Source: Octopus vulgaris
Lineage: Eukaryota
Reading direction: 5' to 3'
Length of the DNA stretch: 64,000 nt
Assembly: GCA_951406725.2 (NCBI GenBank)
Contig: OX597833.1
Coordinates: 16,678,001 to 16,742,000, forward strand
Part shown: positions 13,620 through 27,480 of the stretch, one piece after another
Position numbering within the stretch: the stretch's first letter is position 1
Layout of the letters: each line of letters starts with the position of its first letter
Translations under genes and position numbers: made by a program
The notes under the pieces: model-generated
Seen by the model: the letters and a program-made list of their open reading frames with translations, nothing else
Databases searched by the model: none
What the model was told of the DNA's origin: nothing

Positions 13620-14245
13620 ATAAATGTTTTGCAAACAACTTGCACATGCAAGTGCTACCAGTCGAGAATTCCGCATAGCGAAAGCCAGCAAGTGTATAGG
13701 GTCATCAGGAGAGAATGTGCTCCGTTTCGGGGCCTACCTATCAAGGGCATCAATGCGCCCCCCCCCCTACACACACACTGATATGAGGCCCCGCTTGCTA
13801 GATCAACTGGTTATCAAATAAAGCTTAATATTCTTCTAGCCATCGCTCATCGTCTCTGTTTAACCAAATCCTGTGGCTAGCCTTTTCCACTGTAGTTTGG
13901 ATATCGGTCATGCTGGTATTTACTTTACGATGAGTTAAGCCTAGCGATAACAACAGTCGCCTCACAGTGTGTCCAACAAACTCTCTACATCCAACTCTGA
14001 TTGGAAAATGCTCCACTCTCTAGTCCACGTCTTAACATTCCTCGAGGAGGTTTATATAACATTCAATCTTTCGAGCCTGAGCGGCGTCCATGATATCTTC
14101 ATGAGGAACCGTTAACTCGACTAGATTCACCACTTTCTTTCTTTCACACTACATCAAAATGTCCGGTTTTTTCATAACTGGGACGGGAAAGAGCCTCTGG
14201 CACCCTGGTAAATCTGCAGCCACCTCCCAATAACCATTCCACTTT
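13620..14245 (-). pseudogene. 3' fragment of a restriction-like-endonuclease non-LTR retrotransposon (HERO/NeSL-like)
   Basis: Minus-strand translation PDILM..VNLVELTVPHEDIMDAAQARK...PIRVGCREFVG...VEKASHRIWLNR with stops; (TA)-rich tracts on both sides. Confidence 0.8.
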
Positions 14246-14278
14246 TCATCGCTCACAAGAAGTTTGTTGTTGTTGTTG

Positions 14279-14401
<123 letters not shown>

Positions 14402-14405
14402 TACG

Positions 14406-14444
<39 letters not shown>

Positions 14445-15589
14445 ATTTGTGTGTCTGTGTTTGTTGCCCACCCCCGCCATCGCTTGACGACCAATGTTGG
14501 TGTGTTTATGTTCCCGTAACTTATCGGTTGGGCAAAATACACCGATAGAATATGTACTAGGCTTACAAAGAATAAGTCCTGGGATCGATTTGTTCGACTA
14601 AAGGCGGTGCTCCAACGTGGCCGCAGTCAAATGACTGAAACAAATAAAAGGGTAAACGAGTATATATACATACACGCACGCGCACGCACGCGCATACATA
14701 CGCGCGTACATTTATACTTAGCATGTTCCTCTTAACTCTGACAGGCAAAAATTACGCTGAACAAATTGTCTCGACACAAATCTATCCTTTATAAACAATA
14801 TGCATTTCTGCGTCGTTGAGCATCATCAGGTACGGATACCTTGTCGTCCTTCAAAGTAACTTATATGAGAACAACTGTTGAGCACTTCGGTCGATGTATT
14901 TGGACCAAACCTCTTACACTAAAATTACTGGCCTCGTACCAAACTTTGAAACCATTATTATCATTAATGTTGCTGTTATTGTAGTAGTTGCGGTTGTTGA
15001 TGTCTTTAGAAAAGGATTTTTTCTCTCTCTCTCTCTGAGAATCGACACTATTCTTAGCAGCATTAAACGTAAAGTTATTTCTTTGAAGCACTTGCCAATT
15101 CGAATTTTAATTACTCGTCGACGTCTGCCTCGATAAGCGGGGGTAGACACGAAAGATCTTTACAAACTTTATGATTTATTTACTTTCACTTTTATCGCCA
15201 TTTCATATAAAAATGTATACCAGATACGCTCCACAGCTAGTAAAACAAGTAGAAACACAGCACAGAAAGAGATTCGCCTGCAGGAACAAGAATCACACAC
15301 ACACACACAAAAAATCCACTAAGTAATAAAGATTTCAGGGAAAATGAATTATTTTTAACAGCTTAACTAATGTTTTGAACGACAGAGGTAACAACAGTAG
15401 CGTTTATACACAGACATGTTAAACAATGCATAAAACTGCTGTTGTGCTTAAAGGCCTCAGATTTGGCAAATTTTCCAGAAAAGAAAACAAAACAACGAAA
15501 TTTAATGGAAGAATTGTGTAAAATCAAAGAGCGTCTCTTTGCGCCAGGATCTAATACAAAAAAGGTTAAAAAATTAACTTCTCAACTCA

Positions 15590-16060
15590 TACCGATTTAT
15601 AAGGGTCGGTTTCCCGGTTTTATGTGGTATAAATTTCCCACCTGGATAGGACGTCGTTCCGTCGCTGGATTACTCATTTGTGTCAGTTGAGCAGCGTGAA
15701 ATGAAGTGTTTTGCTCAAGAACACAACGTGTCGCCCGGTTCAGGAATCGAAATCACAATCTTGTGATCGCAAGTCCAACACCTTAACCACTAAGCTACGC
15801 GACTCCATTAACGTTCCTTCCCGAGTTACATAGACTCATAGGGCCGGTTTCCCAGTTTCCATGGCATTTGAATTCCCCACCTGGACGGGACGCCAGTCCC
15901 TCACACGATTACTCATTTTTGCCACCTGAGTGGACTGGAGTAACATGAGATAAAAAAATTTTGCTAAAAAAGAAAAAAAATGCGTCACCCTATCCAGGAA
16001 TCGAAATCACAACCTTACGATCAAAATTCCTACCCTGACCACTAAATCATGCACCTCCAC
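15590..16060 (-). mobile_element. Two tandem V-domain-like SINE copies
   Basis: Similar to 28404-28895. Confidence 0.7.
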
Positions 16061-16926
16061 TAATACAAATAAGGACAAATAATAAAATAGGATGTTGTGA
16101 ACATGTTTGGCTTCTATGAAACCTTAAGTTATGCGGAGCAAAGTCAGCTTGTTATTCTACCAACCTGTTGTTATGTTATAGTCATAGACACACACACACA
16201 CATATACTCTTTTTACTCTTTTACTTGTTTCAGGCATTTGATTGCGGCCATGATGGAGCACCGCCTCCAGTCGAGCAAATCAACCCCGGGACTTATTCTT
16301 TGTAAGCCCAGCACTTATTCTATCGTTCTCTTTTGCCGAACCGCTAAGTGACGGAAAAGTAAACACACCAGCATCGGTTGTCAAGCAATGCTAGGGGTAT
16401 GTGTATATATATACGTATACGTATAAGTATATATAAGTATGTGTGTGTATGTGTGTGTGTGTGTGTGCGTGTGCGTGTGTGTGAAGTAAAACCAAATATT
16501 GATATTTTGAAATATTTTAAATCGTACGTTTTAGATAATTTTTTTTGTTTTTCAGAAAAAGTTCTCATCATTTATATGCATGAACAGAAAAACCCTCTCC
16601 AAAAAACAAAAACAAAATGGAGAACGGAATTAGTGCCGGCTGATAGCCTAGAAACACACATTGAAGTTAAATTACTAAGCTCTGATATAAAAAAAAAATG
16701 GGTGAAACACGTTTCCTGTCTGACGTGCGTAACTCACTCATCTTAGGAAGTTGACTGACAATTCAAAACAATGAAAAACAGCTTTAACAGACAGTGTTTC
16801 AAAAGATACTCGTTTCAACGGCAACTGTTTGGTTCACCCAGTGAACATGTGTAGCGTATTATTCGCTTTATAAACCAAAGTTTGTTTGGATTGGCTGAAA
16901 TTCCGCGATATCATTTCTCTAATCGC

Positions 16927-17209
16927 ATGGCTGTGGTCTGTCTGGCATCTAAGAGGGAAACATCAAGTAGACTGGCAGCCAGGGTATTGGGTACAATAAC
17001 CACAAATGCTGATATGTTACATGTATCTGTAATTCGGTAAGAATATATGCTTATCTGTATATACGAATATATGTTTGTACGTTTACTCACACATACATTT
17101 AGCTCCCGTTTTTTTTCTAGCTACAGTAATTGTTGACAATATAAACAGACTGGCTGTTTGTTTCTCTGGGATTGGTCAAAGTGCTGCAGGCGCCCTTGAT
17201 GAAAATGCA
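16927..17209 (+). other. Candidate spliced exons (intron 17037-17120; exon 17121-17209)
   Basis: G|GTAAGA donor, TTTTTTTTCTAG| acceptor and A|GTAAGG donor in unique sequence; coding status unclear. Confidence 0.35.
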
Positions 17210-17322
17210 GTAAGGTTCGAAAATTGATTAAGGGTGTTCATTTTTTTTCAATCTACGGAGAAGAAACAACTTAATAACCCTGTTTTTTTCTTTAGCCGTT
17301 TATATGTCTCTCTCTCTCTCAT

Positions 17323-17404
<82 letters not shown>

Positions 17405-17427
17405 CACATATTTAATATATATATAAG

Positions 17428-17734
17428 CACAAGAGTGGCTGTGTGATAAGAAGCTTGCTTACCAACCACATGGTTCAGGATTCAGTCCCACTACATGGCA
17501 CCTTGGGCATATATCTTCTACTATAGATTCGAGCCGATCAAAATTCTTGTGAGTAGATTTGGTAGACGGAAACTGATAGAAGCCCGCCGTGTATATATAT
17601 ATGTATATGTATATGTAAAAAAATACAAACTGGGACAAGAACGCAAAACATTTAGAAGACGATACAAAAAACACGGACGGGAATTCGAAGCCGTCAATCT
17701 TCAGTCAAGAACCGGATCATCCTCGCAATTTCGG

Positions 17735-17820
<86 letters not shown>

Positions 17821-18091
17821 GATATAGATATATGTATATATGTATATGTATGTATGTCTGTATGTCTGTATGTATGTATGTATGTATGTATATGTTTGTG
17901 TGTCTGTGTTTGTCAACCCCACCATCGCTTGATGACCGATGTTGGTGTGTTTTGTCCCCGTAACTTAGCAGGTCAGCAAAAGAAACCGATAGAATAAGAA
18001 CTAGACTTACAAATAATAAGTCCTGGGGGAGCGATTTGTTCGATTGTAGGCGGTGATCCAGTATGGCCGCAGTCAAATGACTGAAACAAAT

Positions 18092-18095
<4 letters not shown>
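17428..18095 (+). mobile_element. CORE-like SINE with an insertion in its internal microsatellite
   Basis: Head 17428-17590, foreign segment about 17615-17740, 3' module 17900-18095. Confidence 0.8.
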
Positions 18096-18129
<34 letters not shown>

Positions 18130-18281
18130 TAAGAAAGAGAACGTCCTTGCTATAGTATTATATATTTGAAAAAAAATGGATAGAACTGGCTTTTCTGACA
18201 ATCTTTTTAGTATCTAATTATTGAAGTGGAAAAAATATCAGAAAAGCAATTTCTATTCATTTTTCAGATACATACATATAT

Positions 18282-18358
<77 letters not shown>

Positions 18359-18975
18359 TACACACACACACACATATATATATATAAGCATGTGTCCATT
18401 TTGAAATATATAGAGGTTAAAAAATCTATGCAGAGGTGTACTCGTCGATACCTGGCTACAGAAGGAGGCAGACAGTTGAAGAGATAGGCACAGAGAGAGA
18501 GAGAGAGAGGGAAAGAGAGATAAAAAGACGGAGAAAGAGGGAGAGAGAGAAGAGAGAAAGAGAAAGAGAGAGATGCAAACAGACATATGGACAGATAATG
18601 AAAGAAGATTAAATAACCCAAATATATCAAAGTCTGTGTTGTGTACACTACTTGATACAAGAGGTGTAGGAAGCAGGAAGAGATGTAGGAAGAACTCTAA
18701 TTTTGTCCTGAAAATATGGAGGATCCTTTGTATACGTATAAATGTACACTTAAATGGATAATCTATAAGATTTAGCGAGCTACATCAGATGGAGTAGTAA
18801 ATCATAAACACAGAAATATTGTACATTGTTGTGGAAGCAGGTGGAAAATAACAAACGCTGAAGAAATACGAAACTAAAGAAATAACTCACGGCAACAGTA
18901 CAGACGCTCCACAGAAATACGGGAACATTAGTCGTGTAGAGGAAATTTGGCATGAAACGAACTAAACAGAAACGC

Positions 18976-18989
18976 TAATAATAAAAATA

Positions 18990-19044
<55 letters not shown>

Positions 19045-19105
19045 CAACAATAACAATAACAACAACAACAATAACAACAATAACAACAATAACAATAACA
19101 ATAAC

Positions 19106-19151
<46 letters not shown>

Positions 19152-19178
19152 GTAGTAGTAGTAGGAGTAGTAATAATA

Positions 19179-19211
<33 letters not shown>

Positions 19212-19236
19212 ATAGTAGTAGTAGTAGTAGTAGGAG

Positions 19237-19277
<41 letters not shown>

Positions 19278-19370
19278 GTAGTAGTAGTAATAATAATAGT
19301 AGTAGTATTAGTAATAATAATAATAATAATAATAGTAGTAGTAATAATAATAATAATAATAGTAATAATA

Positions 19371-19429
<59 letters not shown>

Positions 19430-19505
19430 CATAAAAGCAACAAACAACAACAACAATAATGATAATTAATTCTTTTATTGGCCACAAGGGTAATAATAAT
19501 AATGA
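18976..19505. repeat. (AAT)/(AAC)/(AGT) compound trinucleotide repeat
   Basis: Direct reading. Confidence 0.95.
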
Positions 19506-20000
19506 TTTCTAATTTCGGCACAAGGCCAGCAATTTTGGAGAACTGCTCAACTGGTACTTCTTTTGTCGATCCCAAAGGACGAAAGGCAAAGTCGACCTCG
19601 GCGGAATTTGAACTCAGAACATGAAGACGGACGAAATGCTTATTAGCATTTCGTCCGACGTGCTTAACGATTCTCCCAGCTTAACAACAACAACAACAAC
19701 AACAACAACAATCATAATAATATTAATAGTGATACTAATTATCCTTTCTACTGGAAGTACAAGGCCTCAAATTTTGGGGAAGTAATTAAGTCAATTACAT
19801 CAACCTCAGTGCATAACTGGTACTTATTTAATCGACTCCGAAAGGATGAAAGGCAAAATTGACCTTAGCGGAATTTGAACTCACAACGTAGCGGCAGATG
19901 AAACAGTCCAGGATGGTAATGATTCTGCTAGCTCGTCGCCTTCAAAACAACAACACTAATACTAATACTAATACTAATACTAATAATAATGATAATATGA

Positions 20001-20130
20001 TAATTATTGGGACACCTGGAATTTTATGATACCAAAAGAAGCAAACAAGTAATTTAGATGAAATCCCTGCCAGCACCCAAATAAGCGAATTGCAGATGAT
20101 AGTTATGGGTATCTCGCACATTCTACGTCC
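20001..20130 (+). pseudogene. R4/Dong-like LINE C-terminal remnant
   Basis: IIGTPG..MIPKEANK..LDEIPASTQISELQMIV-MGISHILR next to (TAA)n; resembles 59471-59683. Confidence 0.5.
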
Positions 20131-20763
20131 GGTGCTGTATTTATCCTGCCACGTTGGCGCCTTACGCGGGTAGAAATCATGAAGTTAATGTAAAATGACA
20201 GCCTTATTAAAATCGAAATCAGTTCAAAGACTCGATTTACAAGGAGCTTAAACAGAATCCTCTTGGCTATTTCTACCGGAAAACTCCTCATCCAATAACC
20301 TGAACCAGCTTCTCCAACTTCTCAATCAAATATCTGACAACAAAAGAATCCATGCCTTTACTTTTTGTTAATAATATATTTTATGGTGGATTTCTGAAAA
20401 TACGTCGTATCGTCTTACAACAGCCGACGATGTCATTGCAAGCTTTAATGCTATTTCCACCTCATTACACCACCATATTGTTCTTCCTTCTATATTCAGT
20501 AGTTTTATACAGTTGCTATAGATATTGGGAATATAATCTTTTGAAAGAAAGTTTTTACTGACATTGTACAATTCTGCTTCAATATACATCATAATAAGCG
20601 TCTATAAAATGGCCGACTAAACACTGAATTGTATTATTGTATTTCTAGGCCTTAGTTATTTGGACAGCTTCCAAAACTGTAGTCTATTAATATGACTGAT
20701 CATCTTTTATTCATTTATTTCTTTATTGTTATAATCAGAAGCATGCACAATAAATCCATGAAT

Positions 20764-20926
20764 GTAGGCGCAGGCGTAGCAGTGTGGTAACAGGTCTCTC
20801 CCCAATCACATCATTCCGGGTTCAGTACTGTTGTGTGGAATCTTGGGCAAGTGTCTTTCACTATAGCCTCGAATCGACCAAAGCCTTGTGGGTCAACTTC
20901 TTTGACGGAAACAGAGAGAAGCCCAT

Positions 20927-20957
<31 letters not shown>

Positions 20958-21500
20958 ACACACATGTATTCTTTTCGGTCATAAATGACCATAGAATTGC
21001 TCCTAGAAAGTTCCCCTCCGAGGCACAAGTCCGGACAAGATTGTTTGTGGAAGGCCAGCAGTCGCCCATGCATACCAGCCTCTCCTCTCCACACCGCTGG
21101 TGTTATCTAAGGGAAAGGCAACGGCTGATACAGTTTGGCACCAGTGACGTCGCAACTGATTTCCTACAGCTGAGTGAACTGAAGCAACGTGAAATAAAGT
21201 GTCTTGCTCAAGAACACAACACACAGCTCGGTCCGGAAATCGAACTCACTACCTCCTGATTGTGAGCCCGACGCCTTCACGCTCGGGCACATATATACGT
21301 GTGTGTATGTCTGTATATGTGTTTGATCTCACCCACAGCCACTTGACAACCGGTGTTTGTGTGATTACACCCTCGTAACTTAGCGGTTCAGTAAAAGAGA
21401 ACGATAGAATAAGTACCTAGCTTAAAAAAAAGTTCCTCAAGGTGGTGCCCTAGCATGGCCAGAGTCTAATGAATAAAACAAATTAGAAATAAAAGATAAA
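20764..21500 (+). mobile_element. CORE-like SINE with nested antisense V-like SINE (about 20968-21290)
   Basis: Head and 3' module separated by (CA)n and an inserted element. Confidence 0.7.
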
Positions 21501-21727
21501 AGATTGTAATGGAGCGGAAAGTCATCTAACTGTTCTTTTCTTTGCCTTGAAACTTTGTGTTCGCTTTACGTATTTCATTATTCGCTTTACATATTTCATA
21601 GTTCACTTGTCAGGTATTTCATTATTCCTTAATGCTCCAGTTAACGTTTGTTGTATTTATGAGTACCAGGGTGCAGTCCTTAGTTCCATAGAAATCTCTG
21701 GAGTAAAGAAAATTTAGATGCGTCATA

Positions 21728-22698
21728 TATTCTTTTCTACTCTAGGCTCAAGGCCCGAAATTTTGGGGGGAGGGGGCAGTCGATTAGATCAACCCCAGTA
21801 TGCAACTGGTACTTAATTTATCGACCCCGAAAGAAAGAATGGCAAGGTGGACCTCGGCGGAATCTCGCCCGGCTAAGCATTTCAGCGGAATTTCGCCCGG
21901 CCCGCTAACGTTTCTTATTTCTTTATTGCCCACAAGGGGCTAAATATAGAGGGGACAAACAAGGATAGACAAAGGGATTAAGTCGATTACATCGACCCCA
22001 GTGCGTAACTGGTACTTAATTTATTGACCCCGATAGGATGAAAAGCAAATGGACATCGGTGGAATTTGAACTCAGAACGTAAAGACAGACGAAGTACCTA
22101 TTTCTTTACTACCCACAAGGGGCTAAATGCAGAAGAGACAAACAAGGATAGACAAACGGATTAAGTCGACTACATCGTCTCCAGTGCGTAACTGGTACTT
22201 TATTTATCGACCCCGAAAGGATGAAAGGCAAAGCTGACCTCGGCGGAATTTGAACTCAGAACGTAGCGGCAGACGAAATACCTATTTCTTTACTACCCAC
22301 AAGGGGCTAAACACAGAGAGGACAAACAAGGACAGACAAACGGATTAAGTCGATTATATCAACCCCAGTGCGTAACTGGTACTTAATTTATCGACCCCGA
22401 AAGGATGAAAGGCAAAGTCGACCTGGGCGGAATTTGAACTTAGAACGTAGCGGCAGACGAAATACCTATTTCTTTACTACCCACAAGGGGACAAACGCAG
22501 AGAGGACAAACAAGGACAGACAAACGGATTAAGTCGATTACATCAACCCCAGTGCGTAACTGGTATTTATTTAATCGACTCCGAAAGGATGAAAGGCTAA
22601 GTCGACCTCGGCGGAATTTGAACTCAGAACGTAGCGGCAGACGAAATACCGCTAAGCATTTCGCCCGGCGTGCTAACGTTTCTGGCAGCTCGCCACCT
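21728..22698 (-). mobile_element. Meta-like SINE multimer (~5 units, 180-bp period)
   Basis: One head at 22698, four internal units, a distinct terminal unit. Confidence 0.85.
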
Positions 22699-22873
22699 TA
22701 GATGCATCACATATTGTTAATGTTGGTCGGGTGGGGAAACGTGAGTAAAATTCACAGAAGATGTACAAGTTACGGGGGAAAAAGAAACGAAAGAAAAGCA
22801 TCTCGCTTAATGGTTTTAAAATGGTTTTAGAAAGATGAAACATACAGTGAAACATATGATAGATGTGCTCCAA

Positions 22874-23277
22874 GTGGAGGCGCAATGGCCCAGTGATTAG
22901 GGCAGCGGACTCGCGGTCGTAGGATCGCGGTTTCGACTCCCAGACCGGGCGTTGTGAGTGTTTATTGAGCGAAAACACCTAAAAAGCTCCACGAGGCTCC
23001 GGCAGGGGGTGGTGGTGATCCCTGCTGTACTCTTTCACCACAACTTTCTCTCACTCTTTCTTCCTGTTTCTGTTGTACCTGTATTTCAAAGGGCAGGCCT
23101 TGTCACTCTCTGTGTCACGCTGAATATCCCCGAGAACTACGTTAAGGGTACACGTGTCTGTGGAGTGCTCAGCCACTTACACGTTATTTTCACGAGCAGG
23201 CTGTTCCGTTGATTTGGATCAACCGGAATCCTCGTCGTCGTAACCGACGGAGTGCTTCCAAAAAAAAAAAAAAAAAA
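22874..23277 (+). mobile_element. Young full-length tRNA-derived SINE with poly(A) and TSD
   Basis: A/B boxes, ~19-nt A tail, perfect 12-bp TSD agatgtgctcca (22861-22872, 23278-23289). Confidence 0.9.
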
Positions 23278-23484
23278 AGATGTGCTCCAGCAACTGAAAT
23301 GAGTATTTCTACTGATAGAAGATTTTTGCAGGATTCCATGCAGAAAGTCAGCACTCAATGATAGGATCTGAATGTCGTCTTGAAGAAACAGGCCGTCTGG
23401 AGTTAAGGTAGTTTGAGGGGCGAAGTGATTAAGCGTGGAGCTCAACGAGGTATCGGAAATCAGTTTGTCAAGATGATTTTCACT

Positions 23485-25820
23485 GTAGAAGTAGAAGTAG
23501 TAGTAGTAGTGATGGTGGTAGTGTTGGTAGTTGTAGTAGTAGTAGTAGTGATGGTGGTGGTGTTGGTAGTTGTAGCAGTAATGGCGGTGGTGGTTTGGTA
23601 TAGTAGTAGTGATGGTGGTAGTGTTGGTAGTAGTTGTAGCAGTAATAGCGGTGGTGGTGGTATTAGTAGTGATGGTGGTATTGGTAGTAGTAGTGATGGT
23701 GGTAGTGTTGGTAGTAGTTGTAGCAGTAATAGCGGTGGTGGTGGTATTAGTAGTGATGGTGGTATTGGTAGTAGTAGTGATGGTGGTAGTGTTGGTAGTA
23801 GTTGTAGCAGTAATAGCGGTGGTGGTGGTATTAGTAGTGATGGTGGTATTGGTAGTAGTAGTGATGGTGGTAGTGTTGGTAGTAGTAGTAGTGATGGTGG
23901 AGGTGTTGGTAGTAGTAGTAGTGATGGTGGTGGTGTTGGTAGTAGTAGTAGTGATGGTGGTGGTGTTGGTAGTAGTAGTAGTGATGGTGGTGGTGTTGGT
24001 AGTAGTAGTAGTGATGGTGGTGGTGTTGGTAGTAGTAGTAGTGATGGTGGTGGTGTTGGTAGTAGTAGTAGTGATGGTGGTAGTGTTGGTAGTAGTAGTA
24101 GTGATGGTGTTGGTAGTAGTAGTAGTGATGGTGGTAGTGTTGGTAGTAGTAGTAGTGATGGTGGTAGTGTTGGTAGTACTAGCAGTAATGGCGGTGGTGG
24201 TGGTATTAGTAGTGATGGTAGTAGTAGTGATGGTGGCGGTGTTGGTAGTAATAGTAGTGATGGTGGTGGTGTTGGTAGTAATAGTAGTGATGGTGGTGGT
24301 GTTGGTAGTAATAGTAGTAGTGATGGTGGTGTTGGTAGTAATAGTAGTGATGGTGGCGGTGTTGGTAGTAGTAGTAGTAGTGATGGTGGTGGTGTTGGTA
24401 GTAATAGTAGTGATGGCGGTGGTGTTGGTAGTAGTAGTAGTGATGGTGGTGGTGTTGGTAGTAGTAGTAGTGATGGTGGTGGTGTTGGTAGTAGTAGTAG
24501 TGATGGTGGTACTGTTGGTAGTAATAGTAGTGATGGTGGTAGTGTTGGTAGTAGTAGTAGTGATGGTGTTGGTGTTGGTAGTAGTCGTGATGGTGGTAGT
24601 GTTGGTAGTAGTAGTAGTGATGGTGGTGGTGTTGGTAGTAGTAGCAGTAATGGCGGTGGTGTTGGTATTAGTAGTGATGGTGGTATTGGTAGTAGTAGTG
24701 ATGGTGGTGGTGTTGGTAGTAGTAGTAGTGATGGTTGTAGTGTTGGTAGTAGTAGTAGTGATGGTGGTAGTGTTGGTAGTAGTAGTAGTGATGGTGTTGG
24801 TGTTGGTAGTAGTAGTAGTGATGGTGGTACTGTTGGTAGTAGTAATAGTGATGGTGGTGGTGTTGGTAGTAGTAGTAGTGATGGTGGTAGTGTTGGTAGT
24901 GATGGTGGTGGTGGTGTTGGTAGTAGTAGTAGTGATGGTGGTAGTGTTGGTAGTAGTAGTAGTGATGGTGGTAGTGTTGGTAGTAGTAGTGATGGTGGTG
25001 GTGGTGTTGGTAGTAGTAGTAGTGATGGTGGAGGTGTTGGTAGTAGTTGTAATGATGGTGGTGGTGGTGTTGGTAGTAGTAGTAGTGATGGTGGTGGTGT
25101 TAGTAGTAGTAGTAGTAGTGATGGTAGTAGTGTTGGTAGTAGTAGTAGTGATGGTGGTAGTGTTGGTAGCAGTAGTAGTGATGGTGGTAGTGTTGGTAGT
25201 AGTAGTAGTGATGGTGGTAGTGTTGGTAGTAGTAGTAGTGATGGTGGTAGTGTTGGTAGTAGTAGTAATGATGGTGGTGGTAGTGTTGGTAGTAGTAGTA
25301 GTGATGGTGTTGGTGTTGGTAGTAGTTGTAATGATGGTGGTGGTGGTGTTGGTAGTAGTAGTAGTGATGGTGGTGGTGTTAGTAGTAGTAGTAGTAGTGA
25401 TGGTAGTAGTGTTGGTAGTAGTAGTAGTGATGGTGGTAGTGTTGGTAGCAGTAGTAGTGATGGTGGTAGTGTTGGTAGTAGTAGTAGTAGTGATGGTGGT
25501 GGTGTTGGTAGTAGTAGTAGTGATGGTGGTGGTGTTGGTAGTAGTAGTAGTGATGGTGGTAGTGTTGGTAGTAGTAGTAGTGATGGTGGTAGTGTTGGTA
25601 GTAGTAGTAGTGATGGTGTTGGTGTTGGTAGTAGTAGTAGTGATGGTGGTAGTGTTGGTAGTAGTAGTAGTGATGGTGGTGGTGTTTGTAGTAGTAGTAG
25701 TGATGGTAGTAGTGTTGGTAGTAGTAGTGATGGTGTGGTGTTGGTAGTAGTAGTAGTAATAGTAGTAGTAGTAGTAGTGATGGTGTTGGTAGTAGTAGTA
25801 GTTGTAGTAGTAGTAGTAGT
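23485..25820. repeat. ~30-bp minisatellite GGTAGTAGTAGTAGTGATGGTGGTGGTGTT, ~2.3 kb
   Basis: Direct reading; built from NGT-type triplets. Confidence 0.95.
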
Positions 25821-26307
25821 CCACATTTACGATTACAAAAATAAGGAAATAAAATAAAACAAATAATGCGTGGCACCTTGGGCAAGTGTCTTCTACTTTA
25901 GAATCGGGCCGACCAAAGCCTTCTGAGTGGATTTGGTATATGAGAATATATATATATATATATATGAAGTGAAGTGAAACCAAGTAGCAACACAAAATGG
26001 CGGTGCCCCAGCATGGCCACAGCTCATAAGCTGAAACTAGAATCAATCAATCAATCAATCAATATATACATGTGTAAAAATTGTATTTTACATATAAAGT
26101 ACCAGTAATTTGTCGAATAGAGAAAGAAGAACGAAAACACAAATATACACACACACACACAAACTCACAAATATATACGACGAGCTTCATTCAGTTTCCC
26201 TCTACCAAATCCACTCACAAGGTCTTCCTGAGGCTATTGTAGAAGACACTTGCCCAAGGTCCCACGCATTGTTTATTTTATTTTATTTTATTTTATTTTT
26301 CCTTATA

Positions 26308-26357
<50 letters not shown>

Positions 26358-26472
26358 TATATCGGAATGGTCATATTGCCAGTTTAGCCAATAAAAACAC
26401 ACGCACTATATATTTGGTGTTATTTTGCTTCAGTGTTATTTATTTTTTACATTAATCTTAACCTTATTTCGG

Positions 26473-26512
26473 CCAGAGTTCTTTCGTCACACTCCTGTGA
26501 CTGCATCAGTGG
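26473..26512 (-). ncRNA. Minimal hammerhead-like motif, variant core
   Basis: cca-CTGATGC-a-gtcac-aggagt-gtgac-GAAAG-aa-CTC-tgg. Confidence 0.6.
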
Positions 26513-27480
26513 TCCTTTGTTTTCTTCTTTCTTATTTGTGTCTCTCCTACTAACCGTCGGCCATATATATGTATGTATGCATGTTTGTATGTATGCATGT
26601 TTGTATGTATGTATGTATGCATGTAGCGATCATGTATTGAGATCTATTCACTTTGTTGCATTTTATCCCCCGCCCCCGCCAAAAAAAACAAAAAAACAAA
26701 AAAAACATTGTATCTAGCTTCAGGACATAAAATCAATATTTTTATTGATAGGAGATTTTTATACGTTTCCATGCATAAAGCCAGCACTCAGTGGTAGGAA
26801 GAAGCGTTAATCTATAATATAAATAAACTTCTCACAACTTTCTGAATTTCTTCAGAGATCTTCAATACTAATTTAATTTCTTTCGTTTAGCTTTTACTCA
26901 AGTTCAGAAGCTTCAGCGTCATAGAAATAGCATATCATTGCGTATTACCTCTGAGCTTTACTTAATCAAAACAACGACGGAGAAATCTATTTGCCAGCAA
27001 TGAAAGCTAATAAAGTTATGATGTTATTATTTCATTCGCAGAATATAGAGTAAAGTGGGTGTGTTTATTAATTGGCATGTAATAGCGTAACCGAAGGAAA
27101 TTAGTATTAACCTTGGATTTATCGGTTAGTATTCCATTTCCCAGATGTAAGGAACTGAATCGTTCTTGATTAACTTAACTACCAGCGGGATAGACACTAA
27201 CGAAATTTTACGAAAATAAATTAATACCCGCAAATGCACTTTTAATACGAATTTTCATATAATTAAGTTGAGATGGCTATATGAGCAGTACAAAAATGAA
27301 TTCTTAATAGATTCCGTTACCATCACGCTAGTAAAATTTAGATAAACCACACATAAAATATGCCGTATTGATTGGCAGTGGGATGGCTATATGGTGAAGA
27401 TATTCGCTTCGAATTCGCATGGCTCTAGGTTCAATCCTTCTGTGCACGAACTTGAGTAAATATCTTCTATTTCAAACAGC

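Noticed and set aside
13700-13735. Minus-strand GAAAC...CTGATGA in a LINE 3' UTR as a type II hammerhead
   Set aside because: Flanks (cccc/ccc) cannot form stem II and there is no proper NUH or stem I
20352-20592. Short ORFs in unique sequence
   Set aside because: No recognisable motif or convincing splice context
21728-22698. Periodic array as a CRISPR-like locus
   Set aside because: Whole ~180-bp units repeat with no unique spacers, there are no cas genes, and the context is eukaryotic SINE
23137-26046. 969-aa Thr-rich and 814/788/712-aa overlapping ORFs as a mucin-like gene
   Set aside because: Several frames on both strands are open because of the triplet composition; ORF ends run into SINEs; no credible signal peptide or domain
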